DNA of 64,000 nt from Thermoleophilaceae bacterium (GCA_030447725.1 JAUJOQ010000007.1:42870-106869), one strand, 5' to 3'. Shown: positions 47,325 to 56,994, counted from the stretch's first letter. Made by a program: numbers and translations. The notes: generated from the sequence alone by a model not told the origin.

Positions 47325-47996
47325 TCAGACCCGCTGGCCGGCCGAGCCTTCGGATCGGACCCAACCGTCCGGCTCTGAGCCGGGGGGGCCGAAGTAGTCG
47401 ATCACGCGGGCCGGTGCCCCGACCGCGACGGTGAATGGCGGGATGTCTTGGGTCACGACTGAGTTCGCGCCCACGAACGCGCGCTCGCCGATGCTCGCGA
47501 TGATCGTGCACTTGGTGGTCGTCGTGACGTCGTCTGCGATGTGTATCGGCCTGAAGTCGTAGCCCTGGTCGAGCATCGGCTTCGTCAGATCGCGGAAGCG
47601 GTGATTGCCGTCCACGGTCATCGACGATTGACCGAACATCACCCGATCGCCGATGACGATGCTGCGGCCGCACTGGATGAGCGAGTAGTAGGTGAACACG
47701 CAGCCGGACCCGATCTCGAGCCGCGTGCCGGGCCCCGCCAGCTCCGCTCGAAACCCGCGTCGGAACTCGCAGTGGTTGCCGCAACTGAACGTGCCTCCCC
47801 AGGGAGCGTCGATGGAGAAGCCCGGTCCCAGGTAGCAGCCCGCCCCAAATGTGATGTCGGCCTGCGGGTTTCGCAGCCGCACCATCGCCTGACGGAAGCG
47901 GGAAGCCAGCCGCGGTGCTCTGAAGTGCGCGAACGAGACGATCTGGAGCTTCAGGCGCTGGCGCACGGGCTCGGGGAGAAAGCGCAGCGCTCGCAT
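47325..47996 (-). CDS. Hexapeptide-repeat (LbH) O-acyltransferase
   Basis: Repeated [LIV]G-x4 hexapeptides (IGSGCVF, IVIGDRVMFG, IGERAFVGANSVV) ending VAVGAPARVI. Confidence 0.8.
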   Translation of the reverse strand: MRALRFLPEPVRQRLKLQIVSFAHFRAPRLASRFRQAMVRLRNPQADITFGAGCYLGPGFSIDAPWGGTFSCGNHCEFRRGFRAELAGPGTRLEIGSGCVFTYYSLIQCGRSIVIGDRVMFGQSSMTVDGNHRFRDLTKPMLDQGYDFRPIHIADDVTTTTKCTIIASIGERAFVGANSVVTQDIPPFTVAVGAPARVIDYFGPPGSEPDGWVRSEGSAGQRV

Positions 47997-48044
47997 CTCT
48001 CGGAGGTTATGGCAGTGCCGGCGGATGAGCGGTTGGCGCGTTCC

Positions 48045-49076
48045 TCACCGCGGCTCGGCGAGGCGTTTCGGGCGCAGCGCCCGCGCGTGGATGCGGGCCC
48101 AGCGCATGTGGGCCTCGCGGCGGCCCCCGTAGCGCTCGGGACGCAGCTTGGCCGCGGGCCGAAGAGCCAGGGCCCGAAGGCCCGACCCGGCGAGGTTCAC
48201 GAGCGCCACCGTGCGCGCCACCAGATCGCCGCGGCGCCGGGCCATCCATGCGTAGCTCGCGGCCATGAAGCGCGCCTCGACCTTCGAGCCGAACGCCTTG
48301 CGGGCCGACACGCTGCCCGCGTGACGGACCACGGCCGACGGCTCATACCACGTCCGCCAGCCGGCGCGGTCGAGCCGCCAGGCCAGGTCGAGGTCCTCGG
48401 CGTGGAGCCACATCTCGTTGTCGAAGCGCCCGGCGGCCTCGAAGGCCTCGCGCCGGACGACGAGGAAGGCGGCTATCGCCCATGGGACCTCGCGCGCCTT
48501 GCCGGGGTCCCAGTAGCCCTCGAGGCACAGCCGATCCGAGAGCCGCCGGCTTCGCCGGTGCACTCCGAGGTTGAACAGCAGGGTGAGCCACACCGTCGGA
48601 AAGGGGTGGACGGAATGCTGCGTGGCGCCGTCCGCTCCCACGAGCCTCGGCGCCACAGCCCCCACCCGCGGCCGGGAGGCGGCGACGTCGACCATCGTCG
48701 CAAGCGCACCCGGGTCGAGCTCGATGTCCTGATTGGCCGGCGCGATCCATGTCGCGTCGGTGCGCTCGGCAACCAGATTCACCGCGGGCCCGTAGCCCAT
48801 GTTCTCCTCGTTGACGATCAGGCGCGCCCACGAGAACTCGCGCGCGACCACATCGGCCGACCCGTCACTCGAGGCGTTGTCGACCACCCAGACCTCGGCG
48901 CGCCCGGCCGCGACGTCGGTCGCAAGGGAGCGCAGGCAGGCGGCCAGCAGCTCGCGCTCGTTGAAGGAGACGATGGCGATCGCGACCTTCGCCGCCGACC
49001 CTGGCTCCTGCACGGCGGCAACTGTACCGGCCCTCTCTATGCTCGCGCGCTTGCGCGTCCTCACGGTGGGCAACAT
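48045..49076 (-). CDS. Glycosyltransferase family 2 (rhamnosyltransferase-like)
   Basis: VAIAIVSFNE...VWVVDNASSDGS...NMGYG. A GTG at 49013 is an alternative start that avoids divergent overlap with the GT4 gene. Confidence 0.8.
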   Translation of the reverse strand: MLPTVRTRKRASIERAGTVAAVQEPGSAAKVAIAIVSFNERELLAACLRSLATDVAAGRAEVWVVDNASSDGSADVVAREFSWARLIVNEENMGYGPAVNLVAERTDATWIAPANQDIELDPGALATMVDVAASRPRVGAVAPRLVGADGATQHSVHPFPTVWLTLLFNLGVHRRSRRLSDRLCLEGYWDPGKAREVPWAIAAFLVVRREAFEAAGRFDNEMWLHAEDLDLAWRLDRAGWRTWYEPSAVVRHAGSVSARKAFGSKVEARFMAASYAWMARRRGDLVARTVALVNLAGSGLRALALRPAAKLRPERYGGRREAHMRWARIHARALRPKRLAEPR

Positions 49077-50253
49077 GTATCCCCCGCACCACCTCGGCGG
49101 CTATGAGCTCATGTGGCGCTCGGCGGTAGCGCACCTGCGCGACTGGGGACACGAAGTGCGCGTCCTGACCACCGGCTACCGGGCACCGGGCCCAGACCCA
49201 ACGACCCCCGAGGACGCGGGCGTCTTCCGCGAGCTGCGCTGGTACTGGCACGACCACGCCTTCCCCCGCCTCTCCTCGCGCGAGCTGATCGCTCTCGAGC
49301 GCCACAACTCCGCTGCGCTGCGCCGCCACGTCGAGGATCTCCGCCCTGACGTCGTGAACTGGTGGGCCATGGGCGGGATGTCGCTGTCGCTGTTGGAGCA
49401 GGCGCACCGAGCGGGGCTGCCCGCGGCCGCGACGGTCGTGGACGACTGGCTCCTCTACGGCCCCGAGGTGGATGCGTGGAGCCGCCGGTCGCGCCGCCTA
49501 CGGCCTCTGAGGACTGCGATCGAGCGGCTCGTGGGGGTGCCGGTGCGCATCGAGCTCGAGCGCTCGGCGAAGTGGCTGTTCGCCAGCGAGACGCTGCGCC
49601 GGCGGGTCCGGGCCGCCGGCTGGGAGATGCGCGAGACCACCGTCGCCTACCCCGGAATAGACCAAGGGCTGTTTCGAGGCGCGCGCGAGCCCCGGGCCGA
49701 TTGGGGCTGGCGGCTGCTCTACTGCGGCCGGATCGACGAGCGCAAGGGAATAGACACCGCGATCCAGGGGCTGGCGCACATGCCCGGCGATACGACGCTC
49801 ACGGTGCTCGGCGGCGGCGACGAGGGGCACTTGGCCGAGCTCCGGCGCCTGGCCAACCGCCTTGGCGTGGCGGACCGGGTCTCCTTCATGCGCCGGCCGC
49901 GCTCCGAGCTGCCGGCAGCCTACGCGCAGGCCGACGCGACGCTGTTCCCCGTGCGCTGGGAGGAGCCGTTCGGCCTCGTGCCGCTCGAGTCGATGGCAAT
50001 GGGCACGCCGGTGGTGGCCACCGGCCGTGGTGGCTCCGGCGAGTACCTGCGCGACGGGGAGAACTGCGTGCTCTTCGACAGCGAGGCGGGGGGCGGCGCA
50101 CTGGCCGGCGCGGTCCGCCGCCTCGCAGGCGATGTCGCCCTGCGGCGGCGACTGCACGGCGACGGCCTCGCCACGGCGGCGCGCTTCGGCGCCGAGCGCT
50201 TCAACCGCGCAGTCGAAAGCCTGCTGAAGCGTGCTGTCGGCAGAAGCTGCTAG
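49039..50253 (+). CDS. Glycosyltransferase family 4 (GT-B)
   Basis: LRVLTVGNMYPPHHLGGYE N-terminus and the C-terminal EEPFGLVPLESMAMGTPVVAT (E-x7-E) motif. Confidence 0.85.
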   Translation: MLARLRVLTVGNMYPPHHLGGYELMWRSAVAHLRDWGHEVRVLTTGYRAPGPDPTTPEDAGVFRELRWYWHDHAFPRLSSRELIALERHNSAALRRHVEDLRPDVVNWWAMGGMSLSLLEQAHRAGLPAAATVVDDWLLYGPEVDAWSRRSRRLRPLRTAIERLVGVPVRIELERSAKWLFASETLRRRVRAAGWEMRETTVAYPGIDQGLFRGAREPRADWGWRLLYCGRIDERKGIDTAIQGLAHMPGDTTLTVLGGGDEGHLAELRRLANRLGVADRVSFMRRPRSELPAAYAQADATLFPVRWEEPFGLVPLESMAMGTPVVATGRGGSGEYLRDGENCVLFDSEAGGGALAGAVRRLAGDVALRRRLHGDGLATAARFGAERFNRAVESLLKRAVGRSC

Positions 50254-50525
50254 CCGCCGGCGACGGCGGGTAGGATCGTGACTTCGTCGCCGTCCTCGAC
50301 GGAGGTGTCGAGCCCGTCGAGGAAACGGATGTCCTCACCGCCGACGTACACGTTCACGAAGCGGCGCAGGTCCCCGTCCTCGGCGATGCGGTCCCGCAAG
50401 CCGTCGTAGCGGTCATAGAGACCGTCGAGCACCTCGCCGACGGTGGTCGCCTCGTCGACCGTGGTCTCGGCGTCGCCCGCCGTGACGTTGCGCAGCTGGG
50501 TGGGGATCTTGACCGTGACGCTCAT
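50250..50525 (-). CDS. MoaD/ThiS-family sulfur-carrier protein (MetO/CysO-like)
   Basis: ATG at 50525. 91 aa ending ...DEVTILPAVAGG (C-terminal Gly-Gly), immediately downstream of the ThrC homolog. Confidence 0.78.
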   Translation of the reverse strand: MSVTVKIPTQLRNVTAGDAETTVDEATTVGEVLDGLYDRYDGLRDRIAEDGDLRRFVNVYVGGEDIRFLDGLDTSVEDGDEVTILPAVAGG

Positions 50526-50562
50526 CGGCGCGGCAGTGTACTGACGCGAGCGGCGCAACCGG

Positions 50563-51798
50563 TCACGAAGTCACGGCCTCGCGCTGAAATGCCTCGGCGA
50601 AGGCCGTCGTGGTGGGCTCGATCACGCGGGTCTCGAAGCTGCCACGCACGGCGTCGAGGGTCTTGAGTCCCTCACCGGTGATCACGAGCACCACCCGCTC
50701 GTCCGCGCCGATGTCCCCTCGCTCGGCGAGCTTGGCCAGCACCGCGGTCGTCACGCCCCCGGCCGTCTCGGTGAACACGCCGGTGGTCTCCGCCAGCAGG
50801 CCGATGCCCTTCCGGATCTCGTCGTCGGTCACGGAGTCGATGCCGCCGCCGGTACGGCGGGCGAGATCGATCGCGTACGGGCCGTCCGCGGGGTCGCCTA
50901 TCGCCAGCGACTTGGCGATCGTCGAGGGCTTCACCGGCTTGCACACGTCAAGGCCCGCCTCGAAGGCCTGCGCGACCGGCGAGCAGCCCTCGGCCTGGGC
51001 GCCGTTGAACGTCGGCAGGTCGCCCTCTACCAGGCCGACCTCTCGCCATTCCTCGAACCCGCGCGCGATCTTGGTGAACAGCGATCCGGAGGCCACCGGG
51101 CAGACCACGCGGTCGGGCAGCTCGAAGCCCAGCTGCTCGGCCACCTCGTAGGCGAGGGTCTTGGAGCCCTCGGCGTAGTAGGGACGCACGTTCACGTTCA
51201 CGAAGCCCCATTCGCGCTCGGCCGCGAGCTCACTGCAGAGCCGGTTCACGTCGTCGTAGGTGCCGTTCACGCTCACGAGGTGGGTGCCGTACACGCCCGT
51301 GGCGAGGATCTTCTGTTCCTCGAGGTCGGCCGGGACGAACACGTATGACTCGAGGCCGGCGGCGGCGGCGTGTGCGGCCACCGCGTTGGCGAGGTTGCCG
51401 GTGGACGCGCATGCCACCACCTCATACCCGAGCTCCTGGGCCTTGGCGAGCGCCACGGTGACCACCCGGTCCTTGAACGAGTGGGTGGGGTTGGAGGCCT
51501 CGTTCTTGACCCACACCTCACCGAGCCCGAGCCGCTCGGCCAGCCGGTCGGCGCGGATCAGCGGCGAGACGCCGGCCGCCAGCGCGGTGCGTGGAGGCCG
51601 CTCGAACGGGAGGAAGTCCGCGTAGCGCCAGACCGAGGCCGGGCCGGCCTGTATCCGCCGCTTGGCGCCCTCGCGGTCGAGGCCCGAGAAGTCGTAGGTG
51701 ACCTCGAGCGGCCCGAAGCAGCTGTCACAGGCGTGACGTGCCTCGAGCGCGTACCTCGCACCGCATTCCTTGCACTCCAATGCTTCTACCGCTGCCAT
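50563..51798 (-). CDS. Threonine-synthase-family PLP enzyme with N-terminal zinc ribbon; likely MetM-type homocysteine synthase
   Basis: ATG at 51798. CKECG...CDSC ribbon, PLP lysine motif NPTHSFKDR and ASTGN. The SAM-I riboswitch leader and the downstream GG-terminated carrier argue for methionine rather than threonine synthesis. Confidence 0.8.
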   Translation of the reverse strand: MAAVEALECKECGARYALEARHACDSCFGPLEVTYDFSGLDREGAKRRIQAGPASVWRYADFLPFERPPRTALAAGVSPLIRADRLAERLGLGEVWVKNEASNPTHSFKDRVVTVALAKAQELGYEVVACASTGNLANAVAAHAAAAGLESYVFVPADLEEQKILATGVYGTHLVSVNGTYDDVNRLCSELAAEREWGFVNVNVRPYYAEGSKTLAYEVAEQLGFELPDRVVCPVASGSLFTKIARGFEEWREVGLVEGDLPTFNGAQAEGCSPVAQAFEAGLDVCKPVKPSTIAKSLAIGDPADGPYAIDLARRTGGGIDSVTDDEIRKGIGLLAETTGVFTETAGGVTTAVLAKLAERGDIGADERVVLVITGEGLKTLDAVRGSFETRVIEPTTTAFAEAFQREAVTS

Positions 51799-51872
51799 GA
51801 CTAACACCCCTTCAAATCGAAGAACCTCCGCCGCTTGCGCTGTGACGGAGGCTCTGATCTGAGGAGCTTCGC

Positions 51873-51988
51873 CACATCTGTCAGATCTGCACGAGACCTG
51901 ATGGACTTGGCACCTTTCCTCGATGACCTGGGTCACTCGGATGGTTGCCGGGGCTTCGTCGGGCCATTTCCCTCCACCCCTCTAGATG
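51873..51988 (-). promoter_or_regulatory. SAM-I (S-box) riboswitch aptamer
   Basis: Minus strand reads CAUCUAGAGGGGUGGAGGGAAAUGGCCCGACGAAGCCCCGGCAACC...AGGUGCCAAGUCCAUCAGG...CAGAUG. This matches the SAM-I core (GAGGGA k-turn, GGCCCGA.GAA.CCCGGCAACC, GGUGC.AA.UCC, P1 CAUCU/AGAUG). A candidate terminator AGCCUCCG...CGGAGGUU-UCUUCGAUUU lies at 51813-51853. Confidence 0.85.
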
Positions 51989-52094
51989 CGTACGGCTATG
52001 TCAGCGGTGAACAATAGCGCTCGTCCTGACGGATGCAAGGCTTACAATCGGGTTTCGATGCCGATGACGTCAGACGACCCCCTCAGTACGGGCG

Positions 52095-53090
52095 ATGCCG
52101 AGCATCCCCCGTCCCCGCCTTCGCAAGGGCCCGCGTAGCGGGTCCGATGCGGATCCCGCGCACGCCGCTCCCGAGCCCAATGTAGAGACGATCGAGGCCC
52201 ACGGGCTGCGGTGGATCAACATCGAGCGGCCGGGTTCACTCGACCGCGCGTGGCTCGAGGAGCACTTCGAGTTCCACGCCCTCGACTACGAGGACGTGAC
52301 CTCGCGCAACCAGCGCCCCAAGATCGACGAGTACGACGACTACCTGTTCATCGTGCTGCACTTCCCGGTGTTCGACAAGGCCGTGGGTCGGCTCAACGCC
52401 GCGGAACTCGACATCTTCGTCGGGCCTGACTTCCTCATCACGCTTCCCAACCGGCCGATCCCGCCGGTGGACTACTTGTTCGAGCGCTGCACGTCATCCG
52501 AGGAGATGCGCGACGGCCTGCTCTCCAAGGGCCCCGGCTACCTGCTCTACAGGATCGTCGACGACTCGTTCGACTACTGCTTCCCGATGCTGCGCAAGAT
52601 GGGCAACAAGCTCGAGCGGATCGAGGAGGACATCTTCCTGGGGCGCTCGGAGGAGGTGGTGCGCGACATCTCCAACGCCAAGCAGGAGATCATCAACTTC
52701 CGCAAGATCATCCGCCCGGAGCGCCCGGTGTTGCGCGATCTCGAGCGCACGAAGCAGCGCTACATGGCGGAGGACATCGACATCTACTTCGACGACATCG
52801 TCGACGCGTCCGAGCGGATCTGGGACATGCTCGAGAACTACAAAGAGGTGGTCGAGGCCCTCGAGGACACCAACGAGTCGGTGCTCGCGCACCGTGTGAA
52901 CGACGTGCTGCGGGTGCTGACGGCGTTCAGCGTGGTGATCCTGCCGCTGACGCTGATCGCCAGCATCTGGGGCATGAACGTCGGCGTGCCGGGCGAGGAC
53001 ACGAAGGAGGCGTTCTGGGCGGTGATCGGCTCCATGGCGGTGATCCTGGCCAGCATGCTGGCCTACTTCCGCCGGCGGGGCTGGCTCTGA
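52095..53090 (+). CDS. corA: Magnesium/cobalt transporter CorA
   Basis: 331 aa; two C-terminal TM helices with the IWGMNV (GMN) motif. Confidence 0.93.
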   Translation: MPSIPRPRLRKGPRSGSDADPAHAAPEPNVETIEAHGLRWINIERPGSLDRAWLEEHFEFHALDYEDVTSRNQRPKIDEYDDYLFIVLHFPVFDKAVGRLNAAELDIFVGPDFLITLPNRPIPPVDYLFERCTSSEEMRDGLLSKGPGYLLYRIVDDSFDYCFPMLRKMGNKLERIEEDIFLGRSEEVVRDISNAKQEIINFRKIIRPERPVLRDLERTKQRYMAEDIDIYFDDIVDASERIWDMLENYKEVVEALEDTNESVLAHRVNDVLRVLTAFSVVILPLTLIASIWGMNVGVPGEDTKEAFWAVIGSMAVILASMLAYFRRRGWL

Positions 53091-53121
53091 GACCCGTAGC
53101 AGGAAGGCAGCCGCCCTGCGT

Positions 53122-54078
53122 CTAGAGCACGGGCGTGCGGCGGCGCAGGCTCCCAAGCATCAGCGAGTAGCAGCCAACGGCGTCCGCCAGCGCCCCGACC
53201 ACCGCGACCTCGGGCGCCCGCCTGCCCCATGAGCGGCTGTCGCGGTACAGGACCAGCGCGTAGGGCAGCGCCAGAGCCGGCGCCAGGCGCGAACGCCTCG
53301 AAGCGGCGAGCGCCAGCCCCAACACGGCGAGGTCGAAGGCGGCACTGCGACGATTGAGGAAGATGCGCGCGAACAGCAAGGACCGCCGCAGTTCGGACAC
53401 CGACTTCACGATGTCGGCGAAGTAGCGCAACCGCCTGCGCTCGTCGATGAACCCGGCGGCGCCTCGCTCAAAGACGGCGTGGTGGACGCGGGCCTCCTCG
53501 CAGAACGACGTGGTGGCGCCGAAGCGGCGGACCGTCCATCCGAACAGCACGTCCTCCGCCATGTGCGGAGCCCCGATGGCGGGTCTCAGCCAAGACACGA
53601 AGCCGCCCGCGCGCTCGAACGCCGACCGGCGCACGAACAGGTTCGCGGTCTCGTAGAGGCCGACCTCGGCCCCCACCCCCACCCACCGGTCGAACGGTCC
53701 CCGGCGCGCGCGGGGATCCGGGCCGACGGCCCCCTGCACCAGGTCCGCGCCCTCCAGGGCCCGGAGCCCGGCTGCCAGCCAGCCCCTCGTCGGGAAGCAG
53801 TCGGCGTCGGTGAAGGCAAGCAGCTCCGCGGAGGCCGCCTCGACGCCACGGTTACGCGCCTCGGCGGGACCGACGGGGCCGGCCTCCACGACCGTTACCG
53901 GGAGCCGGCCGGCCACTGAGATCGCATCCGTATGCCCGCCAGGTCCGGCGTCCACGACGATCACCTCGAACTCGCGGTCGACCTCCTGTTCGGCGAGGGC
54001 GGCAAGGGTACGCGCCAGCGTCGCCTCCGCTGAGTGCGCGGGCACTATCACGCTGATCGCCGGGACAGAGGTGCTCAT
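53122..54078 (-). CDS. Glycosyltransferase family 2
   Basis: ISVIVPAHS...FEVIVVDAG...ARNRG...FTDADC (DxD). Confidence 0.8.
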   Translation of the reverse strand: MSTSVPAISVIVPAHSAEATLARTLAALAEQEVDREFEVIVVDAGPGGHTDAISVAGRLPVTVVEAGPVGPAEARNRGVEAASAELLAFTDADCFPTRGWLAAGLRALEGADLVQGAVGPDPRARRGPFDRWVGVGAEVGLYETANLFVRRSAFERAGGFVSWLRPAIGAPHMAEDVLFGWTVRRFGATTSFCEEARVHHAVFERGAAGFIDERRRLRYFADIVKSVSELRRSLLFARIFLNRRSAAFDLAVLGLALAASRRSRLAPALALPYALVLYRDSRSWGRRAPEVAVVGALADAVGCYSLMLGSLRRRTPVL

Positions 54079-54127
54079 GGCCGGCGCCTCATCGGCGCCA
54101 CTCTACGGACGCCCCTACACTCGGCCG

Positions 54128-54829
54128 ATGCCGTCCACCGAGATGGGCGCGTTCTGGGATCGGCGCGCGCGGGAGAACCCTTTCTACTTCGTCGACAATC
54201 GGATCGACTACCGATCGCCCGACGTCGAGCGTTTCTGGGCGGACGGGGAGCGGACGGTCGACGCCGTGCTCTGCGCCCTTGGCACCTCCGTTCAAGCGCA
54301 GGACACCGTTGTGGAGATCGGCTGCGGGGTCGGCCGCCTTACTCGCGCGCTGGCCAGGCGGGCTCGTCACGTGCTCGCGGTCGATGTGTCCGAGGAGATG
54401 ATCGCCCTGGCCCGCGAGCACAACCACGGGCTGGTCAACGTGACCTGGCTGGTGGGCGACGGCAGCTCCCTCAGCGAGGTGGCGGACGCGAGCGCCGACG
54501 CCTGCTTCTCGCACGTGGTCTTTCAGCACATCCCGGAGCCAGCGATCACGCTGGGATACGTGACGGAGATGGGGCGGATCTGTCGCCCCGGCGGCTGGGC
54601 AGCCTTCCAGGTGTCCAACGACCCGGGCATCCACCGTCCGCGCACCGGCATGGCGCAGCGGCTGGCGGCGCGGCTCGGATGGGGGCCGGGGGGCCAGGAC
54701 GCGCCGGAGTGGCTGGGCTCGGCCGTCGCTCTCGACGACCTGCGTGAGGCCGCCGGGCGAGGCGGCATGCACGTGGAGACCGTGGTCGGCGAGGGCACCC
54801 AATTCTGCCTCGTGCTGGCGCGCCGCTGA
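54128..54829 (+). CDS. Class I SAM-dependent methyltransferase
   Basis: FWDRRARENPFYF..., VVEIGCGVGRLTRALARRARHVLAVDVS, HVVFQHIPEP. The alternative ATG at 54077 would overlap the divergent GT2 start. Confidence 0.75.
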   Translation: MPSTEMGAFWDRRARENPFYFVDNRIDYRSPDVERFWADGERTVDAVLCALGTSVQAQDTVVEIGCGVGRLTRALARRARHVLAVDVSEEMIALAREHNHGLVNVTWLVGDGSSLSEVADASADACFSHVVFQHIPEPAITLGYVTEMGRICRPGGWAAFQVSNDPGIHRPRTGMAQRLAARLGWGPGGQDAPEWLGSAVALDDLREAAGRGGMHVETVVGEGTQFCLVLARR

Positions 54830-54906
54830 GCCCGATCCGCGCCGCGGCACGTCGCCTGGCCGGGCGGCTGGGCTTCCACGTCGGACGGCGCCGCCACTTC
54901 GACCTG

Positions 54907-55701
54907 GTGGAACGGCGCTTCTACAGCCCCGTGCCTGACCTCGAGACGCTGCCCGGGGACGTCTTCAGCCGCGAGAGCGGGCTGGCCGGCATCCACCTCG
55001 ACACGGCGGCACACATGGCGTTCGCCGAGGGCAGTCTCGCCCCATACGTGCGCGAGCTCGACGAGCGCCCCAGGGGCTTCCCCTTCGCGAACGAGTTCTA
55101 CGCAACCGGCGACGCGCACCTGGCATACGCGATGGTGCGCCACCTTCGGCCCGCGCAGGTGCTCGAGCTGGGCTCGGGCTACTCCACGCTGGTGATGGCG
55201 ATGGCCTGCGAGTCCAACGCCGCCGAGGGCGCCCGGGCCACCTACACCGCCTATGACCCCTACCCCACCCGGCTGCTGGACGACCCACCCGCCGGCCTCA
55301 CCGCCTACCACGCCCTGCCGGCCCAAGAGGTGCCGCTAGCGGAGTTCGCGGCACTCGGCACGGGTGACGTGCTGTTCGTCGACACCTCCCACACGGTCAA
55401 GCTCGGCGGAGACGTCAACCGCGTGGTGCTCGATGTGCTGCCGCGGCTGGCGCCGGGCGTGCACGTGCACTTCCACGACATCTGGCTTCCCTTCGAGTAC
55501 CACCCCGAGCTCGTACGCAATCTGCGGCTCTTCTGGGCCGAGCAGTATCTGCTCCAGGCGTTCCTGGCGATGAACCGGGGATACGAAGTCGTGCTCGCCA
55601 CGCACGCCGCCCGAATGCGCGAGCCGGACCGCTTCCGCGCGCTGATTCCGCGCTGGACCCCGGACCTCTACCCCACCTCGTTCTGGGTCTGCCGGACCTG
55701 A
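54907..55701 (+). CDS. Class I SAM-dependent methyltransferase (Methyltransf_24-like)
   Basis: FYSPVPD..., VLELGSGYST, LFVDTSH. The frame is open and coding-like upstream to CTG 54826 (see findings). Confidence 0.7.
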   Translation: MERRFYSPVPDLETLPGDVFSRESGLAGIHLDTAAHMAFAEGSLAPYVRELDERPRGFPFANEFYATGDAHLAYAMVRHLRPAQVLELGSGYSTLVMAMACESNAAEGARATYTAYDPYPTRLLDDPPAGLTAYHALPAQEVPLAEFAALGTGDVLFVDTSHTVKLGGDVNRVVLDVLPRLAPGVHVHFHDIWLPFEYHPELVRNLRLFWAEQYLLQAFLAMNRGYEVVLATHAARMREPDRFRALIPRWTPDLYPTSFWVCRT

Positions 55702-56978
55702 GGTCGACCGGCGCGGGCGCGCAGGCGGTCCCAGGCGGGGATCAGCACCGTGAGAGCCAACAGCATGATCGGCGGCTCGAGCGGCAGCCGGTAGCGAGTG
55801 GCGGCCACCGTGGTGAAGACCACCGAGGCCGCCAGTGCGGCCGCCAGCAGCGGCCACACCAGGGTCCTGCGACGCCGCAGACGCCAGAGGCCCACGAGAG
55901 CCGCGGCAAGCAGAACCCAGTACATGCCGAGCCCCACCGCCGCAACCCACCGCGTGCGCCCTTCGAAGTCGACCGCCAGCAGGGCGTTGGACGGACGCCA
56001 GATGTCCCAGGTGCGCACCAGGCCGTTCCAGAAGAACGCCTCGGGAAGGGCGCTCGGGTTATCCCTCACGTACTCCTCGGCCCGGTCCTGAAGCGCGGTG
56101 CGCAGCTCGGCATCCGCGAGCGGGCGGTCAGGATCGAACAGATCCCTGTCGCGATCGTTGAGCGGGCGCCATGCCCACGGCAGCCTGGGGTCGTCCTTCG
56201 CCTCGTCGTTGAAGGTGCCGTACGCCGCCGCGTCCTGCATCGAGATCGGGATGAAGCCGTCGGCCACCGCGTAGTTGCGAGCCGTCCAAGGCGCGATCAC
56301 GAGGAGGGCGACGATGACCGTGACAGCGGCCAGTGCGATCCCCCGCCGAGCGCCCGCGGTCAGCCACCAGCCCACGAAGATCAGCGCGAAGAGAAAGAAC
56401 TGGGTCGGCCTCACCAGCATCCCCATGCCCATGAGAACGCCGACCGCAGCGGCACGGCGAGGAGAAGGTTGACGTTCCAGCGCCAGGATCATCACCGCCA
56501 GCGCCAGTGGCAGCGCGAAGCCCTCCGGATACAGCCGCAGCTCCCACTGCCACATGTGGGGGTAGAACGCCGCCAGGCCGGCCGCGGTGAGCGCCAGACG
56601 GCGATCGAACAGACGACTGGCCAACGCCCAGATCAGGAGGATGGTGACCGGGCCGATCAGCGCCTGCGCCAACAGCAGCTTGGTGACGCTGACGCCGAGC
56701 ACCGAGTAGACCACACCGACGAACGCTGGGTAGCCGGGGGCCTTCCACATCCCCTCGTGGATCTCGCCGTAGGGCCGATCGGTGTAGAACCACTTGCCCT
56801 CGGCGGCCAGCACGCCCTGCAGGTGGTACTCGGGCTCATCGCCCGCGAGCGTGTGGCCCTCCGTGGCGAGCACATAGACGATTCGCAGCGCCAGGCCGAA
56901 GGCCGCGATCCCGAACAGGATCAGCAGCTCCCGGCGATCGACTTCACGCCCGGCCAGACGGCCCATCAGGGCGGTCAC
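55668..56978 (-). CDS. GT-C fold membrane glycosyltransferase (ArnT/PMT-like, GT39/GT83)
   Basis: 436 aa with at least 10 TM helices and an early-loop DEPEY motif (DE.. typical of GT-C). Its 3' end overlaps the convergent methyltransferase by 34 nt. Confidence 0.75.
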   Translation of the reverse strand: MTALMGRLAGREVDRRELLILFGIAAFGLALRIVYVLATEGHTLAGDEPEYHLQGVLAAEGKWFYTDRPYGEIHEGMWKAPGYPAFVGVVYSVLGVSVTKLLLAQALIGPVTILLIWALASRLFDRRLALTAAGLAAFYPHMWQWELRLYPEGFALPLALAVMILALERQPSPRRAAAVGVLMGMGMLVRPTQFFLFALIFVGWWLTAGARRGIALAAVTVIVALLVIAPWTARNYAVADGFIPISMQDAAAYGTFNDEAKDDPRLPWAWRPLNDRDRDLFDPDRPLADAELRTALQDRAEEYVRDNPSALPEAFFWNGLVRTWDIWRPSNALLAVDFEGRTRWVAAVGLGMYWVLLAAALVGLWRLRRRRTLVWPLLAAALAASVVFTTVAATRYRLPLEPPIMLLALTVLIPAWDRLRARAGRPQVRQTQNEVG

Positions 56979-56994
56979 AGCGGTCCCTTCTCAG

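Noticed and set aside
50563-51936. Annotating ORF 50563..51936 as an ordinary full-length threonine synthase (thrC).
   Set aside because: The first 46 codons of the ORF run through the riboswitch expression platform. The SAM-I leader and the GG-terminated carrier downstream point to methionine/homocysteine metabolism instead.
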